Notes: generated by a model not told the origin, from the sequence alone. A stretch of DNA of 62,907 nt, filler included, from Octopus bimaculoides (GCF_001194135.2; 5 parts of 5 records of this genome joined end to end with filler, not necessarily neighbours in it), one strand, 5' to 3'; shown: positions 1 through 13,737, counted from the first letter of the whole stretch. Numbers and translations: made by a program.

Positions 1-23
1 ATATATATATATATATATATACA

Positions 24-170
24 TACAAGGGGGTGCTGAAAAATTCCTGGCTTTGGGCAAAAGAAAATACAGGAGGATCAGTTAATTATGATTTTATTCA
101 ACATATTCTCCTCTCAGATTCACACATTTATTGCAGCAGTCCTTCAGTTTTTCTGAACCCTGTAAAAGAT
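24..170. mobile_element. Tc1/mariner MITE fragment (one TIR)
   Basis: TA+CAAGGGGGTGCTGAAAAATTCCTGGCTTT TIR; body matches the reverse complement of the complete copy at 13126-13344. Confidence 0.7.
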
Positions 171-469
171 CTCGGATACATGTATACACAAACACAGATC
201 CATAAATGCTCAGTTATTAAACCACATCAATACACTAATTGCTGAAATATTTCAACAACCCACTCACACACAAAAAGAAGCAGTTTAAAGACAGAGTGAC
301 ATTATAAGCTGAGAGCATAAGAGAAGATATCATAGAATGGTACCAATATTTCTGCGTTCTAAGCACCGGAATATAAACACAGTGGTTCCCTATTTCACAG
401 ATTTACAGAGACAGGAATATTCAATGGCTTTGAAAGATGCCATGAAAGTGTAACATAGTAACACGCACA

Positions 470-905
<436 letters not shown>

Positions 906-1494
906 ATGTAAACTTATTTATACATTAAAAGTAGACTCTATAGAGACATTTTTTTTAAAATTTTTAATCAAAGAACACATTATAATGCAAATGTTGTATA
1001 CAGTCTTCAACCTCGTTAATGAGTCTGCAGATGAATTCACTTTGTAATGTAACGAAGCAATCAAGCACACACATCTATATAAAAGCATAGAAAGTTAGTC
1101 GAGATGACAGAAACGATAAAGGCCAAAGTTGTTGGCATCAAACACTGACTTTCCAACAGAATATTTGCAGAATGTCAAATTTACATGATAAAACTCTTTA
1201 AAATATAATATAAAAGAAAAAGAAAAAGAGCGACAGACAGAGGAAACAAAAATATATGAATACGTCTACGCAGCAGAGAAAATTTGACTGAAATTAAAAC
1301 ATTTCTTATAGAGTAACTAGTTTCATTCATTTTCCATGTTTAAATATTGCAATTTTAAATGTTATTCTAGTATTTGATTTGGATATTGTGAAGACATCTT
1401 TTGTAAGAGAACACAAACCTGGTCGATTGAAACTATCATATAATGGTCTACTTCTATTTATATTATTAATAGTCTGATCAATGAAAATATGTAG

Positions 1495-1790
1495 GGAGGG
1501 GTACAGCTATGCGGCTGAGAACTTTGCTTTGCATCCACGTGGTTTCAGCTTTGGTCTCACTGCATAGTACTTTTGTAAGTCTCTTCTGCAATAACCCCAG
1601 GCCGACTAAAGCTTTGTGAGTGAATTTGGTTGATGGAAACTGTATATACATAAGTGTGTTTGTGTGTGCCTTTGGGTTTGTCCCCACCATTGCTTGATAA
1701 GCAATGTTGGTTTGTTTACATCCTTGCAACTTGGCAGTTAAGGAAAAGAGGTCAAATAATAAAAGAATTAACGAACAATTGTTAGATTGT
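1495..1790 (+). mobile_element. Degenerate SINE, family B
   Basis: Contains GCCGACTAAAGCTTTGTGAGTGAATTTGGTTGATGGAAACTG, the block shared with 9421-9817 (reverse) and 49824-50219. Confidence 0.6.
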
Positions 1791-1840
1791 AACCGAGAAT
1801 ATTTGGGCATCGCAGCTGAGTTGGCACAGTTACTTCTTTA

Positions 1841-2013
1841 GTTACCTTCTCGAATTATGCCGACCCACAAGGGCCAGTTTCTCGGTTTCATGGCGTATAT
1901 ATTCCCCACCTGGATGGGACACTGGTCATCACAGGATTACTGGTCCAGGAATCGAAACCAGAATCTTACAATCATGAGTCCAACAGTCTAACCACTAAAC
2001 CACATGCCTTCAC
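1841..2013 (-). mobile_element. tRNA-derived SINE fragment, family D
   Basis: Minus strand starts GTGAAGGCATGTGGTTTAGTGG (A-box like) ... GGTTTCGATTCC (B-box); head similar to 23021-23363. Confidence 0.55.
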
Positions 2014-2598
2014 AAAATGAAGCTCCTTGGCAAGTAACATAGATGGATAGGGCGATATAAATTCACCCCTGGACAGGACATTGGTCAGTCATAGGATTAC
2101 TCATTTTTGCCAAGTAAATGGACTGGAGCAATGTGAAATGAAGTGTTTTGCTTTTATCTTTGACGTGTTTCAGTCATTGGACTGCAGCCATGGTGAGGAG
2201 CTGGCATGAAGGGTTTAGCTGAACAGATCAAGCTTAGTACTAACTTCTTTGTTTTTTGTTTTTTTGTAAAGTCTGGTACTTATTCTTTCAATCACTTTTG
2301 CCAAACTGCTAAGTTATGGGGATGTAAACAAACTAACACCAGCTGTGGCGAACAAACACAAGCACAGAGACACACACATGCATACACACACATACACATG
2401 CACACACATACTTGTATACATTTTTGCTCAACCCATACCAGCAGTCCAGCCCATCCAGCATGGAACACGGGCATTAAATGATGATGATGATTTTGTGTCA
2501 GAGAGGCAATGACTGGTGACCAAAACCTTCGGCATTGTGCTGTGCTTGAGAGGACCCATCAAGCCAAGTACACTCATGCTGGTGGCATGTAAAGAACA

Positions 2599-2750
2599 CC
2601 TTTCAAGCATTGGACCTCACAGAGGCAAAGTAACTGAGTTCCTTTCGAGCATTGGGTCGCACAGAGGCAAAGTAGCTGGGTTCCTTTTGAGCATTGGACC
2701 TCACAGAGGCAAAATGGCTGAGTTCCTTTCAAGCATTGGGCCTCACGGAG
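2599..2750 (+). repeat. 42-bp tandem repeat (about 3.6 copies) in RTE-3'UTR-like sequence
   Basis: Units CCTTTCAAGCATTGGACCTCACAGAGGCAAAGTAACTGAGTT start at 2599, 2641, 2683, 2725 (partial). Confidence 0.9.
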
Positions 2751-2806
2751 CACTGCAAAAGGCAGTGCTCCAGCATGGCCACAGTCAAATGACTGAAACA
2801 AGTAAA

Positions 2807-2848
<42 letters not shown>

Positions 2849-2914
2849 NNNNNNNNNNNNNNNNNNNNNNNNNNNNNNNNNNNNNNNNNNNNNNNNNNNN
2901 NNNNNNNNNNNNNN

Positions 2915-2955
<41 letters not shown>

Positions 2956-3656
2956 GAGAGAGAGAGAGAGAGAGAGAAAGAAAGAAAGAGGTAGGGCTCC
3001 ACTCTTTCTCTTCCTGCAACATTCTAACAACTTGTGTGTGTGTACCAAAATATCTTTACCACTGGTTTCAGTCGTAGAGCCATGCCCATGCTGGAGCAGT
3101 AGTGGTTTTTTTGTCAGTTACATCAAAGACTGTATTTACTTAGCCCGGGGCTAAATCATTTGCTTAACGAAAGGTCAAGTTCACCTACATGTTGAGTTAC
3201 GTCCCCTGTTCCTCACACAGATGTAAATAACACTAGGTATTTATAGCAGGATACAACAACACACAGACACACACACATGTTCATTATCGTTCTGTCCATT
3301 TTCACACTGAGTCTTTTCATGTTATATCTCAAACGAATATGTGCATTTGTGCTTGTATATTTGCATGTAGATGTGTACATACTTGTGTGTGTGTGTGTAG
3401 ATGTGTGTAGGTGTGTACATACATGTATGTATGTGTGAAGTATTCCAGTGGCTGACGAGTTCAAAGAAAGCTGTCTTGCCTCTTAGAATAAAGAACTCAA
3501 AGATAGGTCTGAGAGCAAATAAACATTTGGTCATAAAAACATTTAAATGTTTATATATACATATATACATATATATATATAGTTGAAATTTATAGAATAT
3601 ATATTTATATATATGCATACACACTTTATAAATATTTATAATGCACATGTCTGTTA

Positions 3657-3763
3657 TCATCATCATCATCATCATCATCATCGTTTAACGTCCGCTTTCC
3701 ATGCTAGCATGGGTTGGACGATTTGACTGAGGACTGGTGAAACCAGATGGCTACACCAGGCTC
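3657..3763 (-). mobile_element. RTE LINE extreme 3' end, heavily 5'-truncated
   Basis: (CAT)n-CGTTTAACGTCCGCTTTCCATGCTAGCATGGGTTGGACG..., near-identical to 59142-59429 and to the reverse complement of 47697-47968. Confidence 0.8.
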
Positions 3764-4548
3764 ATATATATGTATATATGTTTGTGTGTATATGTGTGTG
3801 TGTGTGTGTGTCTGGGTGTGCTTGTACCTCGCCACCACTTGACAACTGGCGTTGGTGTGATTCCAACCCCATAACTTAGCAGTTTGGCAAAAGAGACCGA
3901 TAGAATAAGCCCCATGCTTAAAAACTAAGTACTGCGGTTGATTCATTCGACTAAAAATTCAGCATGGCCACAGTCTAATGACTGAAACATATATATATAT
4001 ACACACAATCATGTTTTGAGTTCTATTTTTCTTGTTTGCATCACCAGATATATGTATATATATATATATATATATATACAGGTGTGCATGTGTGTGTGCA
4101 TATATGTATGTGTGTGTGTGTGTATGTGTGCGTGTGTATAACACATACATGCAAGGCAGACTTCTGCAATTTCCGTCTTCCAAATTTCATTCAAAAGTCA
4201 TTATATATAAATAGATTAGCTATAGCGTGTGTGTGTGTGTGTGTGTGCACGTGCGTGCATTTAAACATCTATATATATANNNNNNNNNNNNNNNNNNNNN
4301 NNNNNNNNNNNNNNNNNNNNNNNNNNNNNNNNNNNNNNNNNNNNNNNNNNNNNNNNNNNNNNNNNNNNNNNNNNNNNNNATATATATATATATATATATA
4401 TATAAACACTTACAGGGAGGTGTGTCTGTATGTGTGTAACTATGTAAGCAAGTCATGCATGTATGTGTAATGAAATGTATAGTGAAGCATTAAAGAGATA
4501 AACAGAAAGATGTGTGTGAACACCTATAGACAGGTGTGTGAATGTGTA

Positions 4549-4590
<42 letters not shown>

Positions 4591-5610
4591 GGAAAACATT
4601 TACAAGACTAAAGATAAACAAAATAGAAATATGTATGTGTGTGTGTATACTGAATACATGTGTATGAGTACCTACAGACAGGTGTGTATGCACGTGTGTG
4701 TATATGTAACAAAATGTTTGAAATATCAATAATGATAAGATTATGTGTATGTGTGTGTGTATGTGTGTGTGCATTCATGTATGTGCTTGAATGTGCACGT
4801 GTGTGCATATATGCATAGGCATGTGTATGTATATGCATGTATGTATATGCATGTATGTATATGCATGTATGTATATGCATGTATGCATGCGTGTGTATAT
4901 GTGCCTGTGTGTGTTTGAAATTATGCACGTGTGTGAGTATGTGTGCATGTGCATGTGTGTGTGTGTGCATACGCTTACTGAAATACATGTATGTACATTA
5001 ATAAGAAATAAACAGAAAGAAATGTGTGCATGTGTTTATACTTAAATATATATATGTATATATATGTATAAACATCAACCGGTAAGAATGTATGTGTGTG
5101 AGTGTGTGTGTGCGCGCGCATGCGTGCACATGTGTGAGTGTGTGTGCATGCTTGTGCACATGTGTACGTGTGTATATGTGTCAGATATTATCCGAAAGTG
5201 AAACAGCAACCACAACAAAATAATTAGAAAATGGATCCGCAGTTGGCTTCAACAATGGCTATTTCAGTTGTTTGATCAGCAGAACCGGTTGAGTATCCCA
5301 CAGACGTTCATACCGCCACCCCACTCACACACACAACTACTACTTACTCCCTGAAGCTCACAGTAAAATCTAATTACTAATTAGCTGAAGGACATGTGTG
5401 CCATTACTGAACTAGAAATAAATAGACACTCTCCAAACAACAACTTGCTCGTTAAATTACATTCTCAGTAGTGGCCGAGTACTCCACAGACTCGTCTACC
5501 TTTAACATATTCTTTGATAGGGTTTGGCATGGCTGGACACTCGACATTTATGTGACTGACATAATCTGTTCTCTATTTGATAGGTTCTCACATGCAGCTA
5601 CTGCCTACCC

Positions 5611-5895
5611 CAGGGGTTTTCAACCAGAGTCTGTATGGGCCATGAGTTTCTGTATAAAAATGTTTGGGGTCAACAGATACAATAAGTAAACTGGGGGTCT
5701 ACTGTAATTTTTCAGGTGCCTTGAAAAAATTGGTTATACATCTACAATAAACAAAATATTTTAACCATTTTTATACAAGTTCTAATAATATTTAGTCATA
5801 AAAATACAATAGGAATTTTTAAGCATCAAATGGATATAGGGTACACCCATTAAGATAGGAATCAAAGGGGTAAAAAAATGGTTTGAGAACCCCTG
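5611..5895. mobile_element. hAT (Charlie-like) MITE
   Basis: TIRs CAGGGGTTTTCAACC / GGTTTGAGAACCCCTG; 8-bp TSD GCCTACCC / GTCTACCC (7/8). Confidence 0.8.
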
Positions 5896-6048
5896 GTCTA
5901 CCCGTATTTTATTTCATGTATTTCTGTTGACCCTGAAGCTATGGTGATAGAAAAACATCATCCAAGGTGTCACATAATGAAATTGAACTTGGGTCCTTCA
6001 TGCCTGCAAACGAAACTTCTAAACCATTTTCAGTGCAAACCTCTTAGC

Positions 6049-6242
6049 CAATGGTTTTTAACCTTTTTAATATCTGGGTCAGATCCAAAACCTGTTTTTT
6101 TTAGGGGTCTGCACCAGAAAAAGTAAAACAGAAGTCAATTAGAAAAAAATTTATATTTATGTAGAGTGAAAAACCATGTGTGTGTGTATCAATATGTCCA
6201 AGGGCCATATGCATCCCTGGGAGCCATGATTGAGAACTACTG
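6049..6242. mobile_element. Degenerate hAT MITE
   Basis: CAATGGTTTTTAACC ... GATTGAGAACTACTG ends, followed by CTCTAGAC. Confidence 0.6.
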
Positions 6243-6422
6243 CTCTAGACTGTAGCTCTACCAGTTAGAAATAACAGCTAAATCTTCCTCGTATTAGATC
6301 CTCTAGGAAGTATTTCTACCAATTAGAAAACACATCCAAAACCTCATGTGATGAAATTAAACCTTGACTCCTCGTGCTTACAAAGAAAATCTATAAACTA
6401 TTTACAATCCAAGCCTCTAGGT

Positions 6423-6588
6423 CAGTGATTCCCAACCTGGGGTCTGTAAACGCAGTACTGGGTGTCCATGAACTAAATTCGAACTTTTATATATATATAC
6501 ACACACACACACATGTGCACATAAGGATACGCATATTAAAAGGGGGCGGTGGAAAAACTAATTTAAATAAAAGGGTTGGGAACCACTA
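6423..6588. mobile_element. hAT (Charlie-like) MITE with perfect TSD
   Basis: TIRs CAGTGATTCCCAACC / GGTTGGGAACCACTA; CTCTAGGT duplicated at 6415-6422 and 6589-6596. Confidence 0.85.
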
Positions 6589-6820
6589 CTCTAGGTAGTA
6601 TGCCTCTACCAGCTAGAAATAACAGCCAAATCTCCCTCACATCAAGCCTTCTGAGTAGTAGCTCTACCAGTTAGAAATAACCGAATTTCCCTCACTTCAG
6701 ACCCTCTAGGTAGTAACTCTACCAGTTAGAAATAACAGCCAAATCTCCCTTACATCAGGCCTTCTAAGTAGTAGCTCTACCAGTTAGAAATAACAACCAA
6801 ATCTCCCTCATATAAGACCC
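6589..6820 (+). repeat. About 57-59 bp tandem repeat, 4 units in ABAB order
   Basis: Core TAGTAGCTCTACCAGTTAGAAATAACAGCCAAATCTCCCTC; two more degenerate units at about 6243-6345. Confidence 0.9.
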
Positions 6821-7426
6821 TTATACCTTCAGCAAAAAACAATAGTTATATACCACTAATAAACAAACAAAAAAAGACAAATGATAAATAGGATGGGCAT
6901 GGATAGAATGACCCCAAGCAGGCAGAGCTGACCGAGGGCTAAACAAGAACAAGTATTATCAACAACAACAGCATGAACAAGACAACACTCACCGAGAGAG
7001 TACTTTTTCCACCTGGAGAACATTGTCAATGAAAGTGTAGAAACACAACCGTTATAGTATAGTATGTGTGTATGTGTTTACATGTGTATGTGTGGTTGGA
7101 TGTGTGTGTATGTGTGTATACACATATGTATGTGTGTGTGAGTGTGTAGATGGATGTGTGCGTGATTACATATGTTATATATGTCCGTCTGTGTGTGTGA
7201 GTATAGTTGTTGGGTGTTTGTGTGTATGTTTACAGAAATGTATGTGTGTAGATTGATGTAAAGATTTACGTGTGTGTGTGTACAGGTGGTGTGTGTGTGT
7301 GTGTATACAGGTGGTGTGTGTGTGTAGACTGAGGCGTTATAATCCAAAGGTGTAAAGTTAGGTTCCTGTCGAGATGAATTAAAAGTTGGCAATGTAGAAC
7401 AACACCGATAGAAATAGCGTGTGTAA

Positions 7427-7478
<52 letters not shown>

Positions 7479-7782
7479 ACGTGTTTATGTATATGTGTGT
7501 ATATCTGTGTATGTGTGTATATATGTGTGTGTGTGCATATCTATATGTGTGTGTATCAATGTGTGTCTATATATGACTCAATGTGTATATGTAAGATGAA
7601 TATACATATATATATATATTTATTTAAGTCCATATGCGTATGTATGTGTGTATATATATATGTATGTATGTGTGTGTGTGTATCAATATATATTCATGTA
7701 GGAGAGTATAAATATCTTTATATTTGTGTATGTGTGGGCATATATATATATATACATGTGTGTATGTATGTATGTATGTATG

Positions 7783-7814
<32 letters not shown>

Positions 7815-7949
7815 CACACACACATGCACGTGTGTGAGTGTATATATGGGTATGTCTATACGAATATGTACGTTTATCCCCCACCCATCACAGAATCATT
7901 TCACAGGGGTAACATGAAATGAGGTGCCGAGTGCATCATGTGCTTATTA

Positions 7950-8164
7950 CACAAGTGTTGTTTTAGTAGTAATAGTAGTAATAGTGGTGGTGATGGTGAT
8001 GATGGTAGTAGTAGTAGTGGTGGTGGTGGTGGTGGTGGTAGTAGTAGTAGCAGTAGTAGTAGTAGTAGTAATTGGAGTTACAGCAGTAGCAGTCTCAGCA
8101 TCAACAGGAGGATATTTATTTCACAGGATGTCCGATTATATTCTCTGCTGCTGAAACTACATGA

Positions 8165-8195
<31 letters not shown>

Positions 8196-8225
8196 TGATG
8201 TGGTGGTGGTGGTGGTGGTGGTCAT
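7950..8225. repeat. Compound (GTA)n/(GGT)n/(GAT)n and (GCTG)n microsatellites
   Basis: Directly visible. Confidence 0.9.
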
Positions 8226-8351
8226 GGTGGGAACAAGGAGGATGCCATTGAATGATTCCTCCTCAATAAGGTGGAAGAGAAGAGACCAGATGAAAATCAA
8301 TGTGTGTGTTTGTGTGTGTGAGTGTGTACATGTATTATTCCAACAAGTGTG

Positions 8352-8422
<71 letters not shown>

Positions 8423-8824
8423 TCACTCTCATACATTTATATTCAGATTTTAATAAGCCTATATATATGTATATATATATATATATACAAAGGTATATAC
8501 ACATAATAGCATTGAGAGCTGTGTGGTGGAGAAGACCATTTTACCATTTTGATACCATGAGGCTTCAGGTTCGATCCCACGGCTCAGCATCATGGACAAG
8601 TTTTGTNNNNNNNNNNNNNNNNNNNNNNNNNNNNNNNNNNNNNNNNNNNNNNNNNNNNNNNNNNNNNNNNNNNNNNNNNNNNNNNNNNNTCTCTCTCTCT
8701 TTTTTTTTTTACGCCTAGTACTTATTCTATCAGTTTTTTGTGCTGAAATGCAAAGTTACAGGGACATAAACACACCAACTATCAAGTGGTAATCGTGGGG
8801 AACAAACACAAACACATAGACACT

Positions 8825-8862
<38 letters not shown>

Positions 8863-9229
8863 AACACATGAGAGGCTTCTTTCAGTTTCCATGTACCAAA
8901 TCCACTCACAAGGCTTTGGCCAGCCCAGGACTATAGTAGAAGACTATAGCCCCGGACTGAAACCTGAGACCATGTGGTTGGGAAGCAACTCGAGGTTCCA
9001 TTCATCACCTGAAAGTGTTTCATGTTTGAAGAATGGTTCATAAACCAATTTGTTTGTAATGAGAAGAATTCATAAACCGACGTTTCACTCTAACTACCGC
9101 TCTCTAATATTTGTCCTTTGCTCTCCTAGCAGATAACGATGAGGATGATGACGAAGATGATGAAGATGATACTGTTTGTGTCAGTCATTGGTTATGGTTA
9201 AAGTTAACACTTTCTTTGCACTGCTCGAC

Positions 9230-9930
9230 TGATTATGCAAATGATCAAGTCGTGACCAACTCCACTAGGTATTTCTTCCACATCTTAGCAACACTCCCTG
9301 AAGGCCCAGATGCCTTCGCAACCTTCATATCTTTGATTGCACTATTCACTATATTGCTGTCAACATTCAATAGCCGGTCCCTCTTTTGAGTCTACTTGGA
9401 ACAGCCCCTCCACCTCTCTCCCTCTCTCTTTTACTCTTTTACTTGTTTCAGTCATTTGACTGTGGCCATGCTGGAGCACCGCCTTTACTCGAGCAAATCG
9501 ACCCCCAGGACTTATTCTTTATAAGCCTAGTACTTATTCTATCGGTCTCTTTGTGCCGAACCGTTAAGTTACAGGGACGTAAACACACTAGCATCGGTTG
9601 TCAAGCGATGTTGGAGGGGACAAACACAGACACACAAACATACACACACACACACACATATACGATGGGCTTCTTTCAGTTTCCGTCTACCAAATCCACT
9701 CACAAGGCTTTGGTCGGCCCGAAGCTATAGTAGAAGACACTTGTCCAAGGTGCGACACAGTGGGACTGAACCCAGAACCATGTGGCCAGTAAGCAAGCTA
9801 CTTACCACACAGCCACTCCTCCACCTCTCTCATGCATTCTCTTCATTTCACAACCCCTTGTCATAGCAATTCCATACCGTTTTCCCCGTTTTGACAGTAG
9901 TGAAAGCGTCCCGTACCACTATCATTCCAT
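9230..9930 (-). mobile_element. Old RTE LINE ORF2 remnant (start of RT region), split by a SINE
   Basis: Minus strand translates (with frameshifts) to EGPAI..VDSNIVNSAIKDMKVAKASGPSG, an RTE-type KAxGPSG motif; NEENA*ER continues beyond the SINE. Confidence 0.6.
9421..9817 (-). mobile_element. Near full-length SINE family B with TSD
   Basis: tRNA-like head, CACCTTGGACAAGTGTCTT box, AGTAAAAG tail; CCTCCACCTCTCTC repeated at 9407-9420 and 9818-9831. Confidence 0.85.
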
Positions 9931-10184
9931 ACACATTCTTACTTAATGATGTTTCAGTTTTCTCAGTCGTACACCACCTTGCAACACACACACACACACA
10001 CACAAAGAGAGGGAAAAAGACAGAGTTTGAAGAAGTAAAATACCGACTATTTCCTTGGTTTTGTTGTGTGTTGTGTCTATGTTTACAATGTTTAACCTTG
10101 CTGTAACACGATAAGGTTAAATTTTGTTGCTGCTCTTGGTGTTACAATTGCTCCTTTATACATACAAACATTACATACGTACAT

Positions 10185-10245
<61 letters not shown>

Positions 10246-10294
10246 ATACACACACACTGTGCATTATATATATTATATATAGATATATTATTTA

Positions 10295-10334
<40 letters not shown>

Positions 10335-10415
10335 TATATTATTTATTCATATATGTATATATATATGAATATATNNNNNNNNNNATATATACATATATGG
10401 GAGAGTGGAAGAATC

Positions 10416-10592
10416 AGGCGAGCTGGCAGAAACGTTACCCCACTGGGCGAAATGCTTAGCGGTATTTCGTCTGCCGTTACGTTCTGAGTTCAAATTCCGC
10501 CGAGGTCGACTTTGCCTTTCATCCTTTCGGGGGGGGGCGATAAATTAAGTACCAGTTATGCACTGGGGTTGATGTAATCGACTTAATCCCTT
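10416..10592 (+). mobile_element. SINE family A
   Basis: GGCGAGCTGGCAGAAACGTT...GTTCTGAGTTCAAATTCCGCCGAGGTCGACTTTGCCTTTCATCCTTTCGGGG. Confidence 0.85.
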
Positions 10593-10599
10593 CCACATG

Positions 10600-10794
10600 G
10601 ATAAGTCTCTATGAAAACATAACATAAAGCAACTGCATTTCACAAATAAAACTTAACCTAATTAACCCTTTATTTTGTTGTTTTTACATCAATCGCCCCC
10701 TTTTGGCTACACCTCACTTTTTTTAACGCCCCCTTAGAACTGTCCACCGCCCCCGGTGGGAGAGGGGCGATACCACCCACTTTGAGAACCACTG
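10600..10794. mobile_element. hAT MITE, right part
   Basis: Ends TTTGAGAACCACTG; body ACAAATAAAACTTAACCTAA..TTATTTTGTTG shared with 17915-18215. Confidence 0.65.
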
Positions 10795-11428
10795 CTTTAT
10801 AGTATATCTTCTGGCTCAAACCTTACCTGGAGGTCCCACTCCAATGTTGACACCAAGTCTAGTCATGGTAACCAAAGTTCCATTAATCTACTTAATGATG
10901 GAATGGAAGGCAAGGACCCTCCCAGATCATATAGAGTGCGCTGGAGAAGACACCCATGCACAGGATTTTCCCAGGGGCAGACCACCGCTAGACTAGACTC
11001 AGCTTTGTGTGTGTATGTGTGGTGTATGTAATGGATACAACAAGTACCTTTAAGACATATATACGCACACAGGAGTCATTAACAAGAGGCAAAGCAAAAG
11101 ATGGCAGTTGTTATTGAAACTACATCCAGGGACATTCAGCATTTTACCATTTCTTCATTTCTTCATTCTTTGCAGAGTTAAATGGTAAAGAAAAACATGG
11201 AATTGTCACAATATCATTGAAATATTTTAGAGCAATAAGCAGTTCCCATTATATATATCCATGTATGTATGTATGTGTGCGTGTGTTTATATATATATAT
11301 AGATGTATGTATATATATATATGAAATGTTGTATATTATGTCATATATATTTGTATATATAATGTTATACAGCAGTAACTGGTTTAGAGTGAATTTCCGT
11401 TTTGACATCACATCATCTCTGTCTTTTC

Positions 11429-11461
<33 letters not shown>

Positions 11462-11691
11462 ATGTGAGTCAGTGTTTATGTGTACGTGTATCAGTGTGTG
11501 TGCGTATGTGTCAGTGTGTGTGTGTGTATGTGAATGAATGCATATATGGTATAAGCGTGCACACGTGTGTGTGTGTGTGTGTGTGTGTCAATGTATGTAT
11601 AAGCGCATATGTCAGTATATATTTGTACGAGTGTGTATGCAAGTGCACATGGTTGTATGTGCATATGCATGAGTGTGCATGTATCACAATG

Positions 11692-11738
<47 letters not shown>

Positions 11739-12171
11739 AATGTAGCTATATATATAAATATATACATAAATATATACATATATATCATAAGCAAAAAGCG
11801 ACGTTTTACATATTATATTGTGAAGGTTTTATAGAGGACAGAATCCCCATCACCACAACTATTTTTGCTATCCCCGCCAAGAACACATTATCTCTCCCTC
11901 TATTACTTTCACTTGTGTTTGTTTGTTTGCTTGTTTGTTTGTTTGGTAATTTTTTTTTTGTCTGTGTTTTGTTAATTTGTTTTGTTTTGTTTTGTTATTT
12001 TTTTACCATTTTTTTTTTCTTCGTCGACAGAGAATGGAAAAGAAAAGGTGGGTGTTTCTTTACGTGAAGCAACAGTGAGATGGGGTGGGGGTGAGTGGGG
12101 AGGTGGGGAATAGAACAGATTGGGAAGAGAAAATGGAAACTGCTTTCTTCAGAATGGTAAATGCAAAGATT

Positions 12172-12223
<52 letters not shown>

Positions 12224-13125
12224 NNNNNNNNNNNNNNNNNNNNNNNNNNNNNNNNNNNNNNNNNNNNNNNNNNNNNNNNNNNNNNNNNNNNNNNNNNNNN
12301 NNNNNNNNNNNNNNNNNNNNNNNNNNNNNNNNNNNNNNNNNNNNNNNNNNNNNNNNNNNNNNNNNNNNNNNNNNNNNNNNNNNNNNNNNNNNNNNNNNNN
12401 NNNNNNNNNNNNNNNNNNNNNNNNNNNNNNNNNNNNNNNNNNNNNNNNNNNNNNNNNNNNNNNNNNNNNNNNNNNNNNNNNNNNNNNNNNNNNNNNNNNN
12501 NNNNNNNNNNNNNNNNNNNNNNNNNNNNNNNNNNNNNNNNNNNNNNNNNNNNNNNNNNNNNNNNNNNNNNNNNNNNNNNNNNNNNNNGAGAGAACAAAGA
12601 ACAGAGAGAGAGAGGGAGAGAGAGAGAGAATAAAGAACAGAGAGAGAGAGAGAGAGAATGAAGAACAGAGAGAGAGAGAGAGAGAGAGAGAGATAGGACG
12701 GAGAGGAATAAAGAAGAGGAGGAAGGAAGAGGAGCGAAACAGGGGAGAAGGACAGAGAGAGACAGAAGAAGTAATAAACATATCTCAAATAAAAGGAATC
12801 GCATATGCCAAGAGAATTGGTCAGCATCAGTAAAAGATATCCGTGTGAATCCGTTGTGACATTGTTTGTTTTGGACAGTTTAATGTCTTGTATAAAAGAC
12901 GGTGATTTATGTCAGGCATTGCAACAGTCTTGTGCGTTTGTTTCCTGCTTTCTTCTTCGGAATGGAAACTTATGAAAAGGAATATGGAAGATCACCTTGA
13001 GTATTGCATTCTCTGCAAGATGATAAGACTACAAGACTTCTAGAACTACAAGTCTGAAGAAAATGTAGACTGTAGAAGAGAGAAAAAAAGGATTTGAGAA
13101 GATGCAGAGGAGAGATGGTACTGTG

Positions 13126-13344
13126 TAAGGGGGTACTGAAATGGTTCTGGCTTTAAGGGTATCATGAAAGGCCTGGCTGGAGTTCCAAACTTCTGAGTTC
13201 TTTTACAGGGCTTAGAAAAACTGAAGGACTGCTGCAATAAGTCTGTGAATCTGAGACGGGAATATGTTGAATAAAATCATAATTAACTGATCCTCTTGTA
13301 TCTTCTCTTACCCAAAGCCAAGAACTTTTCAGCATCCTCTCATA
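13126..13344. mobile_element. Complete mariner-type MITE
   Basis: TA-AGGGGGTACTGAAATGGTTCTGGCTTT ... AAAGCCAAGAACTTTTCAGCATCCTCTCA-TA inverted termini flanked by TA. Confidence 0.8.
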
Positions 13345-13502
13345 TGTGAGCCAGTGTCAGAGCTTCCACCTTGGTGTTCGTCTTGCTTGAAACAACAGTC
13401 AAATCTCCCTCAAAAACACCCCTCTTATCAACATATATATATATTTATAAATTGCTCTTAACTGTGGTTTGGACTTTTTGACTGTTCTTTCTAGTCAACA
13501 AA

Positions 13503-13737
13503 AGGTGGTGAGCTGGCAGAAACATTAGCATACCGGGCGAAATGCTTTGCGGTATTTTGTCTGTCTTTATGTTCTGAGTTAAAACTCCGCAGAGGTCGAC
13601 TTTGTCTTTCATCCTTTCGGGGTCGATTAAATAAGTACCAGTTATGCACTGGGAGTCGATGTAATCAACTTAATCCCTTTGTTTGTCCTTGCTTGTCCTC
13701 TCTATGCTTATCCCCTAGTGGGCAATAAAGAAATAAA
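13503..13737 (+). mobile_element. Full-length SINE family A
   Basis: Same head and core as 10416; tail ...GTGGGCAATAAAGAAATAA. Confidence 0.85.

Noticed and set aside
6589-6820. Regularly spaced repeats that superficially resemble a CRISPR array
   Set aside because: No unique spacers, contiguous units, eukaryotic context, no cas genes.
11160-11195. Possible plus-strand micro-exon (TTCTTTGCAG|AGTTAAATG|GTAAAG)
   Set aside because: Such motifs arise by chance in 60 kb of AT-rich DNA; no supporting context.
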